DNA from: a virus
Lineage: Duplodnaviria > Caudoviricetes
DNA: 64,000 nt
Virus record (IMG/VR): IMGVR_UViG_2639763148_000001
Span: 4,351-68,350 of that record
Reading direction: 5' to 3' (one strand)
Shown: piece after piece, positions 1-10,198 of the stretch
Layout of the letters: each line of letters begins with the position of its first letter
How positions within the stretch are numbered: position 1 is the first letter of the stretch
Notes under the pieces: model-generated
What the model was told of the DNA's origin: nothing
What the model saw: only the letters and a program-made list of their open reading frames with translations
Database searches by the model: none
Translations under genes and position numbers: made by a program

Positions 1-204
1 CGGGCCCGGCCACAGAGCCGCTGGGCGCCGCTTCTCCGGGGGCGGGAGCACGATCGGAGGGTCCACCTCCTCGACCGCGCTGCCGCCCGCTCCCCCGCCA
101 GAGCGGCGACTGACCCGCCGCGCCGACCGATTTAGGTCTCGCAGGACCCCGGCCATCGGGTTGCCCGGCACGCGCCGGCTCGCCGACCCTCGTACGGCCA
201 TCGT

Positions 205-1230
205 TCACACTCCCGTGTTCGCGCCCGTGGGCGCCAGTTGGACCTGCACTCGTTCGCCGTCCCCGTCCTCCTGCACCTTGACGCCGGTGATCTTCATTCG
301 CTGGGCGATCTTCCGGCACGTCAGGGTGCTGGTGATGTCCAGACACCAGCCCGGCACGAGCGTTGGCACGTTGATCGCCGCGTCTGGGGAGATCGTTACT
401 TCCTGCGTGTCGATGAAGGCGGGCACCGGGTAGGAGGCGCGGAGCCGGGACAGGGCGGCGGCCGCCGCGCCGGCGTTGTCCTTGACCGACGTGTTCTCCA
501 GCGACCGCTCCAGCAGCCCGTAGTAGTCGCCGAGGCCACCTGCCGACCCGATGACGCCCAACTCCTCGTCGCCCTGCACCACCCAGCGGGTCGCCAGTGC
601 CACCCCGTCCTCGGCGACGACCAGGCCCTCGGGCATGTCGGTGTCCGTGAGCGCGCCGACCACCGCGGTGTGGTCCTCCGGCAAAAGGACGATCGTGCTC
701 CCCACGGCCGTGTAGTCGAGGCCGGTCTCGGCCAGGTCCCGCAGATGATCCCCGGTCTGGTCCGTGTCCACCGTGTACGACCGGTCCCCGAGAATCCCGG
801 TCTTGCTGACGACCATCACCTCGTGGCCGGGGTCGTCCGGATCGAAGCCGTCCTCGATCAGCCACTCGGCGATGTCCGTCAGGTCGGTGGCCTTGAAGTC
901 CCTGGTCTCGTGCGGCACGCGCCGGTCCAGCCACGCCAGCACGTCCCCGGCCGTGATCTCCACCACGCCGATCTTCCACTCGATCTGGAGGATCGGCCCC
1001 TCCCATACCGGCCGCCCGTCCCGGAAGACCACCAACTTGTGCCGCCAGGACCGGATCAACGACAGCTTGTCGCAGCAGTCCCCGTCCGGGTGGACTGTGA
1101 TCTTCGCCGTCGAGGTGTCATCGAGAACGCGCGTCCACTCGATCGCGACGAGCGTGTTCGCGGGGGTCACGATCTCCCCCGACCGGTCAATGATCATCAC
1201 CTGATGAGTTCCGCAGCCGGCGACGGCCAT
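205..1230 (-). CDS. Minor tail protein (baseplate hub / siphovirus Gp37-like)
   Basis: 341 aa, directly after the Dit-like gene; the 'LVVFRDGRPVWEGPI...WLDRR' pattern is typical of actinophage hub proteins. Confidence 0.7.
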   Translation of the reverse strand: MAVAGCGTHQVMIIDRSGEIVTPANTLVAIEWTRVLDDTSTAKITVHPDGDCCDKLSLIRSWRHKLVVFRDGRPVWEGPILQIEWKIGVVEITAGDVLAWLDRRVPHETRDFKATDLTDIAEWLIEDGFDPDDPGHEVMVVSKTGILGDRSYTVDTDQTGDHLRDLAETGLDYTAVGSTIVLLPEDHTAVVGALTDTDMPEGLVVAEDGVALATRWVVQGDEELGVIGSAGGLGDYYGLLERSLENTSVKDNAGAAAAALSRLRASYPVPAFIDTQEVTISPDAAINVPTLVPGWCLDITSTLTCRKIAQRMKITGVKVQEDGDGERVQVQLAPTGANTGV

Positions 1231-2559
1231 CTACAGCCCCCTGCCGGACAGGCCGATCGTCACCACGGCGTCGCTCCCCGGGGGCGCGCCCGAGTCGGTC
1301 TCGAAGCACACGCAATAGGTGGCGCAGTCCAGCGGCTTGACCGTCATCGGCGCCCCGTCCTGCCCGAAGACGTACGGGCTGGTCTCGCAGACGTTCCCGC
1401 ACTCGACGACGGCCCGGCCGGTTTGGCCGTCGATCGTCAGCGCCGTCCCGGCCGGCACGTGCTGGATGTGGTAGACGCTGTGCGCCTCGCACCGATCCTG
1501 GTCGCTGATCTCGTCGCAGGTCAGCGTCTCGTGGTTGCCGGTCCGTTCGAAGAAGCTGATGGTGAGGCGCTGCACCGGGTACAGCCCGGCCCGCACCGTG
1601 ATCACCGGGACGTCCACGGACCAGTCCGGCCGGCTCGTCAGGTCCAGGTCGTAGCAGACCCTCGTGGCCGCCAGCGGCAGGCAGTAGCAGGAGTCCGGCG
1701 CCTGGGGGGATGGTGGCGGCGTCGGGAGCTGGCAGAAGGCGTCCGTGGACGACAGGATCGGGTCCGGGCATGTCCCGAGGCGGCAGCAGCCGTCGCAGCC
1801 GGTCCCTGGTTCCGCGCCCGGCTCGACGATGCAGAACGTCGGGCACTCGTCGTCGTCGTCCGGCGCGGCCGGGACCTCCAGCACCGGCATGATGTCGGTC
1901 CACGGCCACGGCGTTCCCGCCACCAGCACGAATTCGACCGTGATGATGTCCGCGCCGAGCGTGCACTCCCCCGACTTGCAGCCGGTGCCCTGTCGGGAGA
2001 CGACCGTCGGGCCTTCCACGAGCGCCACACGGCGGAACGTGCGCCTGTAGAGGTCGTTGAACTCTGCCGCCGTCAGGTCCTCGTCGCCGGGGCAGCACGA
2101 GTAGGTGACGAGGCAGTCGCCGTCACAGGAACCGTCCGTGCACCCGTCCAGCGCTTCGCCGAGCCAGTGCAGCCCGTACTCCACGCCACAGCAGGTCGCG
2201 CCGAGGAGGATCCCGGTCACCGTCAGGACCCTGGGCTGCACACGGCGCGGCCCGATGGATGCGCCGCCGCTCACCGCGGTGGTGTACGAGCGCTTCACCG
2301 GGCGGTCGTCGGCCCCGTCGATGGACAGCACGAGGAAGCCGGCGAACTCAGCGCTCGCCGGTACGTCGGGGTCGTACCAGGGCGCCAGGTCGTCCTTGGG
2401 GTTCGTGTACGGCTCGTCCTCGAGGACTTCGGCGGTGAGCGTGGGGCAGACGCACGCGCCGAAGCTCGTCAGCGGGGACCCGACGCTCTGGAGGTAGGCG
2501 TTCAGCCGGGTGGAGTTCGCGATCTCCGTACCCCCCAGCGTGAGAAAGTCGGGGATCAC
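1231..2559 (-). CDS. Distal tail (Dit-like) minor tail protein, Cys-rich
   Basis: 442 aa, first large gene after the tape measure; N-terminal 'LTLGGTEIAN' and 'APWYDPDVPASAEFAG' motifs; purine-rich SD upstream of GTG. Confidence 0.7.
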   Translation of the reverse strand: MIPDFLTLGGTEIANSTRLNAYLQSVGSPLTSFGACVCPTLTAEVLEDEPYTNPKDDLAPWYDPDVPASAEFAGFLVLSIDGADDRPVKRSYTTAVSGGASIGPRRVQPRVLTVTGILLGATCCGVEYGLHWLGEALDGCTDGSCDGDCLVTYSCCPGDEDLTAAEFNDLYRRTFRRVALVEGPTVVSRQGTGCKSGECTLGADIITVEFVLVAGTPWPWTDIMPVLEVPAAPDDDDECPTFCIVEPGAEPGTGCDGCCRLGTCPDPILSSTDAFCQLPTPPPSPQAPDSCYCLPLAATRVCYDLDLTSRPDWSVDVPVITVRAGLYPVQRLTISFFERTGNHETLTCDEISDQDRCEAHSVYHIQHVPAGTALTIDGQTGRAVVECGNVCETSPYVFGQDGAPMTVKPLDCATYCVCFETDSGAPPGSDAVVTIGLSGRGL

Positions 2560-2788
2560 TCAGCGGCCCTCCGCTCCTTGGCGCCGAGCACCCTGCCCGG
2601 ACGCTCTCGGACAAGATCCGGACACCCGGCTACGACTCGTCCGGGGTCTTGCAGTGCACCGGCACTGACCAGCCCGGACACCGTCCGGACGGGACCTGCG
2701 GACACCCGGCCATGGACGCCGGTCCAGGCAGCGGCCCGCATCGATGTCCGCGTGCGTCCGGACGCGTCCGGACTGGGCTGTCCGGGGA
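2560..2788. repeat. Cluster of CGGAC/GTCCG motifs between tape measure and Dit
   Basis: About 14 copies in about 190 bp; bounded by the 10-bp direct repeat CGGGGATCAC at 2550-2559 and 2783-2792. Confidence 0.7.
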
Positions 2789-5700
2789 TCACAGCAGGGC
2801 CGCCGCGAGCGTCATCCGGTTCAGGACCCGCTTCGCCGTCGCCTCCGCGTCACCGACCTCGTTCAAGGTCCAGTTGTTCGTGATCGAGACGCCGGGCCGG
2901 GCGGACGGTCCACCGGCCGCGGGCTTCTTCCCGCCCGCCAGAATGTCGAGCAGCCCGGACTCCTCGGCGAGCTGCCGGGCGCGCTGCGGCCGGGTCAGCG
3001 GAATCACGACCTCGGCGCCGGCCTCACCGATGAGGGCCGCCGTCGGGGAGGTCACGATCCCGCCGTCGGCGAACGGCAGCAGCGCCCTGACGCTGGACGG
3101 CAGACCGGACTTGATCTTCCGGACGATGTCGCTGCCGATGTTCCCCAGCGTCGCGAGGATCCGCCCCGGCAGCCGGGAGAACAGCGACACCACACTGGAG
3201 ATCAGCCCGCTGACGGCGGACAGCGCCCGGTCCTTGGCCGACGTGAACGCGGACCCGATCCGGCTCCCGAGCGCGGACAGCGCCGAGCCCGCCCGCCCGG
3301 GCAGCGCCGACAGGTACGACAGCACCCGCGACCCGAACGACGTGATGGCGTTCAGCGCCGCCGTTCCCGCCGCGATGGCCGCGTTCCCGATGGTCGACGC
3401 CAGCGACGACAGGGCCGCGCCGGCCCGGCCGGGCAGCGCCGCCAGGAACGCCAGCGCGGACTCGATGAACGACGAAGTCGCCTCCGTCGCCGCCGTGTAG
3501 GTGTTGGACAGCGACGTCAGGACCGCGGTGCTCATGTTGGACAGCGCCACCGACGTCCGCTCGGGCAGCGACGTGAAGAACGCGATCAGCTGGTCGATGA
3601 ACGCCGTCGTCGCGTCGACAACGGTCGTGAAGGCTGACGTCGCCGCGTTGTAGATCGTCTCGCCCAGGCTCACCAGCGCGTCCGCGATCTGCCCGGGGAG
3701 CACGGTGAACAGGTAGATAATCCCCGCTAGGGCCGTGAGCAGGGCGATCGCGACGCCGGCGACGGCCGAGGTGAACGCCTCGTACAGGAGGCCGGGGAGC
3801 GCGGCGAGGGCCGCGAGGATCTGCCCGGGCAGCGCGACGAAGAACGCGACCACCGAGTTGAAGGCGCCGACCAGGAGCGAGCTCACCGTCGCGAACGCCT
3901 GCGTGAAGAACGCGCCGATGCTCGCCCCGAGGCCCGTGAAGAACGTCCCCAGCGTCGTCCCCAGGGCCGAGACCTGCTCCAGGATGAGGCCCGGCAGGCT
4001 GGCGAAGAAGTCACCGACGGACGAGGCGCCGGACGACAAGGACTCGAACGCTGAGACCGCGAGGCCGGGGAGGGAGGTCAGGAAGGTGGCCACCGAGGTG
4101 AGGCCGCCGACCAGGCCGTTGATCGCGTCGACCAGGCCGGTCACGAGCGGCACTACCGCTTCGATGATCAGGAACCCGGCCAGGGCCGCCGCGACTTGGA
4201 GGATCGGCGCGACGATCTGGATCGCGAGGACGACCAGCGGGGCCAGTGCGGCGACGAGCTCGGCGATCGGCGGCAGGAGCGGCACCAGGGCCGCGACCAG
4301 CGCGTTGAACGCCGCGATGATGGGCGGCAGGACGGGCAGGAGCCCGGCGACGATCGCCGTCACCACCGGCGTCAGGGACGTCGCGACCGACGCGAGGGTG
4401 GTCGCCAGGGTGAGGAGCAGCGGGGCGAGCCCGGTGATCGCTGCCCCGAGGGCCTGGCCGAGGGCGTCCGCGAGCGGGATGATCGCCTGGATCAGGAAGA
4501 ACAGCGGCGGCCCGAGTTGCTGGATGACGGGCAGCAGGGCGCCGACCAGGGCCGAGATGACGGGGCCGACGGCGGCCGTCACGAGGTCGAGCGCGGGGGC
4601 CAGGAGATCCGCGACGAGACCGGCCAGCGCCCCCACCAGGGGCAGCAGAGGGGCCAGCGCGGCCAGCGCGGACCCGATGGCACCCCCCAGGGGCTCCAGG
4701 GACGGGCCGATGAGCGCCAGCCCTTCGGCGAGGGCCTGGCCGACCGTGGCCAACGCCGGGGCGATCTGGGCGAGTCCGGGCCCCAAGGCGTTGACCAGGT
4801 TGACCAGCGCCGGGCCGAGCGCCGTGAAGATCGGCGCCAGCGCGGGCGCGATAGCACCGACCTGCGTGACCAGCGCGGAGAGGATCGGGCCGAGCTGCGC
4901 CGCGATCGTCGCGACGGTCGAGAAGATCCCGCTGATCGCCGACTGGCCGGACGTCGAGTTGACGAACTCGGCGAACGACGCGGTGATCGCCTGGATGTTG
5001 TTGAGCAGCCCCCCGCCGGAGACCTGCGCGGCCGAGAAGACGCCGGACAGGATCGACCCGACGTTCTGAAGGATCCCGCCGAGCTGCCCGAAGACGGTCA
5101 GGGCCTGGTCGACCCACCGCACCGCGTCCCCGCCTGTGGCCGCCCGCTGGAGGAACTCCCCCAGCCGCTCACCGACGCTCGCGATGCTCGACGACAGCCG
5201 CGCGCCGAACGCGTCGGAGACGGCCGCGGCGACCTGGAGGAAGCCGGCGGTGAGCTTGTTCGTCGTCAGCGCCAGCCCGCCGACGGCCTGATCGGCCGCG
5301 CCGAGGATGCTGGTGACGTTCGCGACGCCCTGCGCGCCCTTGAGGTAGCCGGTGACCCCGAGCGCGGCCCGTCCCCAGCCGTCCGCGATGCTCGACAGGC
5401 CGCTCTTGAGCGGGCCGCCCAGCGCCTCCGCAACGGCGGTGATCTCGCCCTTGAGCTGGGAGAAGAAGGCGTCCTGGACGCTGTTCCTCAGCGACTCGAA
5501 TTCGGGCTTGAGGGCCCGGACCTCGAGCGCAGCGGCGCGCGCCGCCGGAGACAGGGCCTCCAGCGACTTGGTGAACGCCTTGGCGTCGCCGGTCAGCGCC
5601 GCGCCGAAGGCCTCGCTGACCCCTTGCAGGGCGAGCTTCAGCCCGCCCAGCGCCGCCTGGAAGCCGAGGACCGCCGCGGGGCCGGCGGCGATGATGCCGA

Positions 5701-7396
5701 CGGCCGGGGCCAGGGCCCCGACAAGCGCGGTGACCCCCGCGGCCGCACCGGCGGCCGCAATGCCGATCGCGCCGAACTGGAGCAGACCCCCCAGCGACGC
5801 AGCCGTCGCACCGGCGAGACTCCCCAACCGGGACAGAGACCGCCCGAACCTGTCGGTGTCGACGTTGGTCTCGACCTCGATGCTGGGCGCCCGGTGCGCC
5901 CGGACCCGCTCGTCGAACCCGTCGAAGCCCGGGACGACCTGGACCTCGAACTCCTCGCCGGCGAGGAGCGCACGGATCCGCTCGACGAACCCGGTGAGGT
6001 CCGGCGACACCGGGACATTGATCGACTCCAGGGAGCCGAGCCCGCGCAGCAGCCCAGCGTCGAACCGGTCCAGGTCCGGGACAACCGTGATGCGGACCTC
6101 GTCCCCGGCAACCTGCCGCGCGAGCTCGCCTCGAAACCCGGAGAGATCCGGCTCGACCTGGACCTGGACCGCGTCCAGCCGCGCGAGGTCGGCCGCCAGC
6201 GCTGTCCGGAACGCGGAGACGTCCGGCTCGACCCGGACCGCGACGTCGTCCAGGCCGCCAAGGCCGGCGGCGAGGGCCGTCCGGAACGTGGAGGCGTCTG
6301 GGACGACCGGGACCGAGACCGCGTCCAGGCGCGCGAGATCCGCCGCCAGCGCGGTACGGAAGGCCGATGCGTCCGGCCCGACGCGAACCGCGACGTCGTC
6401 CAGACGCCCAAGGTCCGCGGCGAGGGCTGCCCGGAACGCCGACGCATCCGGGACCACCGGCACCGAGACCGCGTCCAGCCGCGCGAGGTCCGCCGCCAGC
6501 GCGCTGCGGAAGGCCGACGCGTCGGGCTCGACCGGGACCGAGACCGCGGCCAGCCGAGCAAGGTCAGCGGCCAACGCCGTCCGGAAGGCCGATGCGTCCG
6601 GCTCGACACGAACCGCGACGTCGTCCAGGCCGCCAAGGCCTCCGGCGAGCGCCGTCCGGAACGTGGACGCGTCCGGGATGACCGGGACCGAGACCGCGTC
6701 CAGGCGCGCGAGATCCGCCGCCAGTTCGGCCCGGAAGGCGGAGACATCCGGCTCGACTCCGACGGCGACCGCGTCAAGCCGCCGCAGGTCGCCAGCGAGC
6801 GCCGTCCGGAACGCAGAGGCGTCCGGAACGACCGAAACCGCGACGTCGTCCAGACGCCGCAGGTCGGCGGCCAGCGCCGCCCGGAACGCCGACGCGTCCG
6901 GGACCACCGGGACAGCGACTGCATCCAGGCGTGCGAGATCCGCCGCCAGCTCGGCCCGGAACCTGGCGACGTCCGGCGCTACGCCGACAGACGCCTCGTC
7001 CAGGCGCCGCAGGTCGGCGGCCAGCTCAGCGCGAAACCGGTCGGCGTCGGGGGTGACCCGGACGACGGCTTCGTCTAGGCGCCGCAGGTCGGCGGCGAGC
7101 TCGGCCCGGAACCCGCCGACGTCGGGCGCAACCGGGACTTCGACCTCGTCCAGGCGCTGGAGTTCCCGAGCCAGCTCGGCCCGGAACGCCGAGACCTCGG
7201 GGGTGACCGGCACCCGGCCGTCGACCGCGTTGAGGGCGCTCTGGAGTCCGCGCTGGAGCCGCTGCCCGATGGTGCGGACGCTGCGGTCCATCGCCCGCTG
7301 GATGCGGGCACCGAGCGACCGCGCATCCGCATCGACGTGGGCATCGTCGATCTCGACGGTGATCCGGGCCGAGCCGTAGTCGATCTCGTCGGCCAT
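2789..7396 (-). CDS. Tail tape measure protein
   Basis: 1535 aa, Ala/Gly/Leu-rich amphipathic repeats, downstream of the tail chaperones; C-terminal 'FADGGIVTSPTAALIGEAGAEVVIPL' motif. Confidence 0.93.
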   Translation of the reverse strand: MADEIDYGSARITVEIDDAHVDADARSLGARIQRAMDRSVRTIGQRLQRGLQSALNAVDGRVPVTPEVSAFRAELARELQRLDEVEVPVAPDVGGFRAELAADLRRLDEAVVRVTPDADRFRAELAADLRRLDEASVGVAPDVARFRAELAADLARLDAVAVPVVPDASAFRAALAADLRRLDDVAVSVVPDASAFRTALAGDLRRLDAVAVGVEPDVSAFRAELAADLARLDAVSVPVIPDASTFRTALAGGLGGLDDVAVRVEPDASAFRTALAADLARLAAVSVPVEPDASAFRSALAADLARLDAVSVPVVPDASAFRAALAADLGRLDDVAVRVGPDASAFRTALAADLARLDAVSVPVVPDASTFRTALAAGLGGLDDVAVRVEPDVSAFRTALAADLARLDAVQVQVEPDLSGFRGELARQVAGDEVRITVVPDLDRFDAGLLRGLGSLESINVPVSPDLTGFVERIRALLAGEEFEVQVVPGFDGFDERVRAHRAPSIEVETNVDTDRFGRSLSRLGSLAGATAASLGGLLQFGAIGIAAAGAAAGVTALVGALAPAVGIIAAGPAAVLGFQAALGGLKLALQGVSEAFGAALTGDAKAFTKSLEALSPAARAAALEVRALKPEFESLRNSVQDAFFSQLKGEITAVAEALGGPLKSGLSSIADGWGRAALGVTGYLKGAQGVANVTSILGAADQAVGGLALTTNKLTAGFLQVAAAVSDAFGARLSSSIASVGERLGEFLQRAATGGDAVRWVDQALTVFGQLGGILQNVGSILSGVFSAAQVSGGGLLNNIQAITASFAEFVNSTSGQSAISGIFSTVATIAAQLGPILSALVTQVGAIAPALAPIFTALGPALVNLVNALGPGLAQIAPALATVGQALAEGLALIGPSLEPLGGAIGSALAALAPLLPLVGALAGLVADLLAPALDLVTAAVGPVISALVGALLPVIQQLGPPLFFLIQAIIPLADALGQALGAAITGLAPLLLTLATTLASVATSLTPVVTAIVAGLLPVLPPIIAAFNALVAALVPLLPPIAELVAALAPLVVLAIQIVAPILQVAAALAGFLIIEAVVPLVTGLVDAINGLVGGLTSVATFLTSLPGLAVSAFESLSSGASSVGDFFASLPGLILEQVSALGTTLGTFFTGLGASIGAFFTQAFATVSSLLVGAFNSVVAFFVALPGQILAALAALPGLLYEAFTSAVAGVAIALLTALAGIIYLFTVLPGQIADALVSLGETIYNAATSAFTTVVDATTAFIDQLIAFFTSLPERTSVALSNMSTAVLTSLSNTYTAATEATSSFIESALAFLAALPGRAGAALSSLASTIGNAAIAAGTAALNAITSFGSRVLSYLSALPGRAGSALSALGSRIGSAFTSAKDRALSAVSGLISSVVSLFSRLPGRILATLGNIGSDIVRKIKSGLPSSVRALLPFADGGIVTSPTAALIGEAGAEVVIPLTRPQRARQLAEESGLLDILAGGKKPAAGGPSARPGVSITNNWTLNEVGDAEATAKRVLNRMTLAAALL
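5880..7207 (-). repeat. 75-nt (25-aa) tandem repeat in the tape measure N-terminus
   Basis: About 14 close and about 4 diverged copies of VxPDxSAFRxxLAxDLxRLDxVxVx. Confidence 0.9.
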
Positions 7397-7465
7397 CGGG
7401 CAACCTCACGCGTACGTGGTGGTTGCCCGGCCCAGAACCAGCGGCGGTAGTGCGCTATCAGACTA
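7397..7465 (-). promoter_or_regulatory. Late promoter (-10 TAGTCT), conserved leader hairpin and RBS-sequestering stem of the tape measure gene
   Basis: Motif GCTGGTTCTGGGCCG; CGGGCAACC/GGTTGCCCG stem covers the SD. Confidence 0.6.
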
Positions 7466-7789
7466 TCCGGCCCGGCCTCCCGACAGACGGGCGTCCTGCG
7501 CCGCGAGCTGCGCTGTCAACGCCATCGCCTGCGCCCGCGACATCCCCACCCCCGGCGCTGGCCGCCCACGTTCCGGACGACGGCCCCTCGGAGGCGCGTA
7601 CAGCCGGGACCGGTTCCGAGCCCGCTCGGCGTCGTCCTCGGCCGCCCGGTCCATGGAGACCTCAGCAGCGTTCAGGAGCCGGCAGACGGGCCAACGGCGG
7701 GGGTCGATGCCCTTGAGGGCGAGCGACCCGTCCCACGACTCCCACGACTCGGCGACGGAGGCGCAGAGTCGCTGGACGACCCAGTAGGG
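7463..7789 (-). CDS. Tail assembly chaperone, frameshift extension (gpGT-like)
   Basis: Protein-like -1 frame (PYWVVQRLCASVAESWESWDG...RLYAPP) begins at CGC CCT ACT of the upstream chaperone. Confidence 0.6.
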   Translation of the reverse strand, partial: PYWVVQRLCASVAESWESWDGSLALKGIDPRRWPVCRLLNAAEVSMDRAAEDDAERARNRSRLYAPPRGRRPERGRPAPGVGMSRAQAMALTAQLAAQDARLSGGRAG

Positions 7790-8220
7790 CGGCGCCCATA
7801 CACCTCCATCACGAACTCCATGAGCTGGACCAGGACGCGGTCGGGCAGCCGCATCCCGGCGTTCACGACCTCCGCGCCGACCTGTCCCTCTGCGGCCGAC
7901 TGGGCGTCAGCCTCGGTGCGGTAGGTGCCGGTCACGGTGTCGCCCACGCGCACTTCCCAGCGGGTGAAGACGGACGCCGACTCGGGGAGCATGAAGTCGG
8001 TGAGGAACGAGCGCAGGCTTCCGGTGATCGCGCGGAGGCGTTCTACGCTGATCGAGGCCAGGTCGCTCGGGTCGATGTTCGCGCCCTTGTAGGCCGCTTG
8101 CAGCTGCTCGTACGCGTCCAAGAATTGGTCGCTGTCCACCTCCGGGTAGAACAGCAGCTCAGTGCCGCCGACGTCGGCGACATGGTTCTCCGTGTTGAGC
8201 GCAAAGGACTTACGCGCCAT
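7672..8220 (-). CDS. Tail assembly chaperone (gpG-like)
   Basis: 182 aa, upstream of the tape measure; 'RPT' is followed by a low-complexity Ser/Pro tail. Confidence 0.75.
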   Translation of the reverse strand: MARKSFALNTENHVADVGGTELLFYPEVDSDQFLDAYEQLQAAYKGANIDPSDLASISVERLRAITGSLRSFLTDFMLPESASVFTRWEVRVGDTVTGTYRTEADAQSAAEGQVGAEVVNAGMRLPDRVLVQLMEFVMEVYGRRPTGSSSDSAPPSPSRGSRGTGRSPSRASTPAVGPSAGS

Positions 8221-8283
8221 GTGGACTACTCCGGTGTCCGTACCAACGCCCGGCCCAGAACCAGCAGCGTGTGCGCAAGGGTA
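8221..8283 (-). promoter_or_regulatory. Late promoter (-10 TACCCT) and conserved leader hairpin of the chaperone gene
   Basis: ACGCT-GCTGGTTCTGGGCCG-GGCGT. Confidence 0.6.
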
Positions 8284-8301
8284 GCCGTCGCGAGCGGTGC
8301 C

Positions 8302-8682
8302 CTACCGGCCGAGGCGCAGCGCCCGCTCGAGGAAGTTGTTCGCGCGGGTGCCGGGGTGCCGGACGAGCCGGGTGTAGACGACGTCACCGCCGACCTCGAA
8401 CCGCAGGACGCCGTTGCGGCGGCGCGGCCGGATGAGGTGAGGGCGGGTGCCGCCCAGGACATAGACGCTCGCCGGGTGCGTTGAGGTGATGACGCCGGCC
8501 AGCCCTCGCGGGACCTGTTCGATCCGCGTGACGATGCCGCGGCCCATCGAACCGGGGGCCTCACTGCGGGCGATGGCGGCAACCTTCTCGGTTCGTGCCC
8601 GCAGGCGCCGCTCCACGATGCCGCCGCGCAGGCGCAGCGCCCGCGCCAGCCGGCCCGGCTCCAGCCGCACTTCCACGCTCAT
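8302..8682 (-). CDS. Neck/tail completion protein (HK97 gp10-like)
   Basis: 126 aa, basic; 'GTRPHLIRPR', 'VRHPGTRANNFL'. Confidence 0.7.
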   Translation of the reverse strand: MSVEVRLEPGRLARALRLRGGIVERRLRARTEKVAAIARSEAPGSMGRGIVTRIEQVPRGLAGVITSTHPASVYVLGGTRPHLIRPRRRNGVLRFEVGGDVVYTRLVRHPGTRANNFLERALRLGR

Positions 8683-8688
8683 GGCGCA

Positions 8689-9273
8689 TCAACCTTCCGG
8701 GCACGCGTAGCAGCCGTACAGGCCCACGGTGACACGCTGCTCCAGGCCCACGCAGCCGCCGTCAGGGCCTACCGTCTTCGAGGCTCCGATGACGTAGCGG
8801 CGGCTCCCGGGCTTCGTCGTCGTCTGCGGGAGGCAGCACAGCAGCGCGTTGTAGACCGAGGCGAGATCCACGTGCAGCACCTTCGCCGCAGCGGCCAGGT
8901 CCTCGCATGAAGGCGGACACCCGTCGTCGGTCGGCCCGGGCACGCACCGCAGCAGGGTGATGACCAGCTCGACCGCCATGTACGTCGGCTGGGTGCAGCC
9001 GCGCAGGCCTCGGATCTCGCGGTCCTCGCTCGGGAAGCTGGTCGAGGGGAAGACGCGGGCGACGCTCACCGTCAGCTGGCCGCCGACCTGCGCCGGCGGC
9101 CCGCACGGGTCCTCGCACGAGTCCCACGACACCGTGCCCGGCACCAGGCAGGACCGGCAGGTGGGACAGCCAGGCTGTCCCGGCACATCTGTGGCGGCCT
9201 GGTCCAGCGCCACACAGATGCAGGCCAGGACGTCCTCGGCCAGGTCGTTGACGGCGAGAAGCTGTACGGCCAT
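8689..9273 (-). CDS. Putative tail terminator / connector protein
   Basis: 194 aa, Cys-rich; position; 'GPDGGCVG' motif. Confidence 0.55.
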   Translation of the reverse strand: MAVQLLAVNDLAEDVLACICVALDQAATDVPGQPGCPTCRSCLVPGTVSWDSCEDPCGPPAQVGGQLTVSVARVFPSTSFPSEDREIRGLRGCTQPTYMAVELVITLLRCVPGPTDDGCPPSCEDLAAAAKVLHVDLASVYNALLCCLPQTTTKPGSRRYVIGASKTVGPDGGCVGLEQRVTVGLYGCYACPEG

Positions 9274-9294
9274 GCAGGGCTCCTTGGGGCGCGG

Positions 9295-10107
9295 TCAGGG
9301 GATGCGCTGGACGCGAGGGCGCTTGAAGTCCGGAGAGTAGGCGCGTGACGCCGACTGCATCCGGTACGGGTTGACGGTGCTCAACCACAGGTCGACCAGT
9401 TGGAGGCCGGTGCGGCCTTCCTCGTAGATGGCTGTGGGGTCACCCATCTCGAGCTGGAGGCCCTGCCGCGTCACCCTGGACACGTTCCGGCCGGCGGCCG
9501 CGCACCCGCACGACCCGCCGCCGCAGCCCTTCAGCAGGTGGCACACGAGCTCCGACACGGCCGCGATGGCGGACTCGTCGAGCCGGAGCCCGGTCCGGTA
9601 CGTGACCGTCAGGGTGTCCTCCTCGCCGGACGCTGCGGCGAGATCCTGGCACGTCGGCCAACAGGCGCCGTCCGTACGGACGAGCGTCCCGGAGTTGTCG
9701 ACCCGGTACGCGTCCACCGCCAGGACGTCCGGCCCCTCCTGGACGCTCACGATGTCGTACACGGGACCCGGCAGGTAGATCTCGCACAGCTCCCCGCACG
9801 AGCAGTCGCCGGAGCAGCCGCAGACCGCCGCGTTGCGCCAGAGGCCGTCCGTGCCCAGGTACGGAATCCAGGGGCTGCCGTTGCTCCAGTCCGCCCAGGA
9901 ACGGGGCAGCACTTCCAGGCAGGCCCGGCGGCACGGCCGGACGGCCACCGGGCAAGACGGCCCCCAACGGCGCCCCGACAGGCGCCACAGGATCTGAGAC
10001 GCAACCGCGGTCATGCGGGTGACGAGAGCCGGATCGGTCTCGGCCACGTCGCAGCACAGCTCTACCGGCCAGGGCGAGCACACATCCTGCTGGAGCGGTG
10101 TCGTCAC
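9295..10107 (-). CDS. Head-to-tail adaptor
   Basis: 'ILWRLSGRRW', 'VTRQG', 'GRTGLQLVDLWLSTVNP' motifs; the start could also be 10119. Confidence 0.7.
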   Translation of the reverse strand: MTTPLQQDVCSPWPVELCCDVAETDPALVTRMTAVASQILWRLSGRRWGPSCPVAVRPCRRACLEVLPRSWADWSNGSPWIPYLGTDGLWRNAAVCGCSGDCSCGELCEIYLPGPVYDIVSVQEGPDVLAVDAYRVDNSGTLVRTDGACWPTCQDLAAASGEEDTLTVTYRTGLRLDESAIAAVSELVCHLLKGCGGGSCGCAAAGRNVSRVTRQGLQLEMGDPTAIYEEGRTGLQLVDLWLSTVNPYRMQSASRAYSPDFKRPRVQRIP

Positions 10108-10198
10108 CGAAGCCCCCACCTCTCGTACGTACGGACACCGGCAGCAGCTGCGGGGCGGTGTGACCGCCTCGCGGCTGCGTGCCGGCGTCCGGCGGGGA

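Noticed and set aside
2556-2792. 78-aa ORF as a functional protein
   Set aside because: Its sequence is dictated by DNA repeats with atypical codon usage; kept only as a possible coupling ORF.
238-7379. Very long + strand ORFs (238-2883, 4196-7078, 5352-7379 and similar ones throughout the window)
   Set aside because: Antisense or off-frame shadows of high-GC3 - strand genes; Arg/Gly/Pro-rich with no motifs or SDs.
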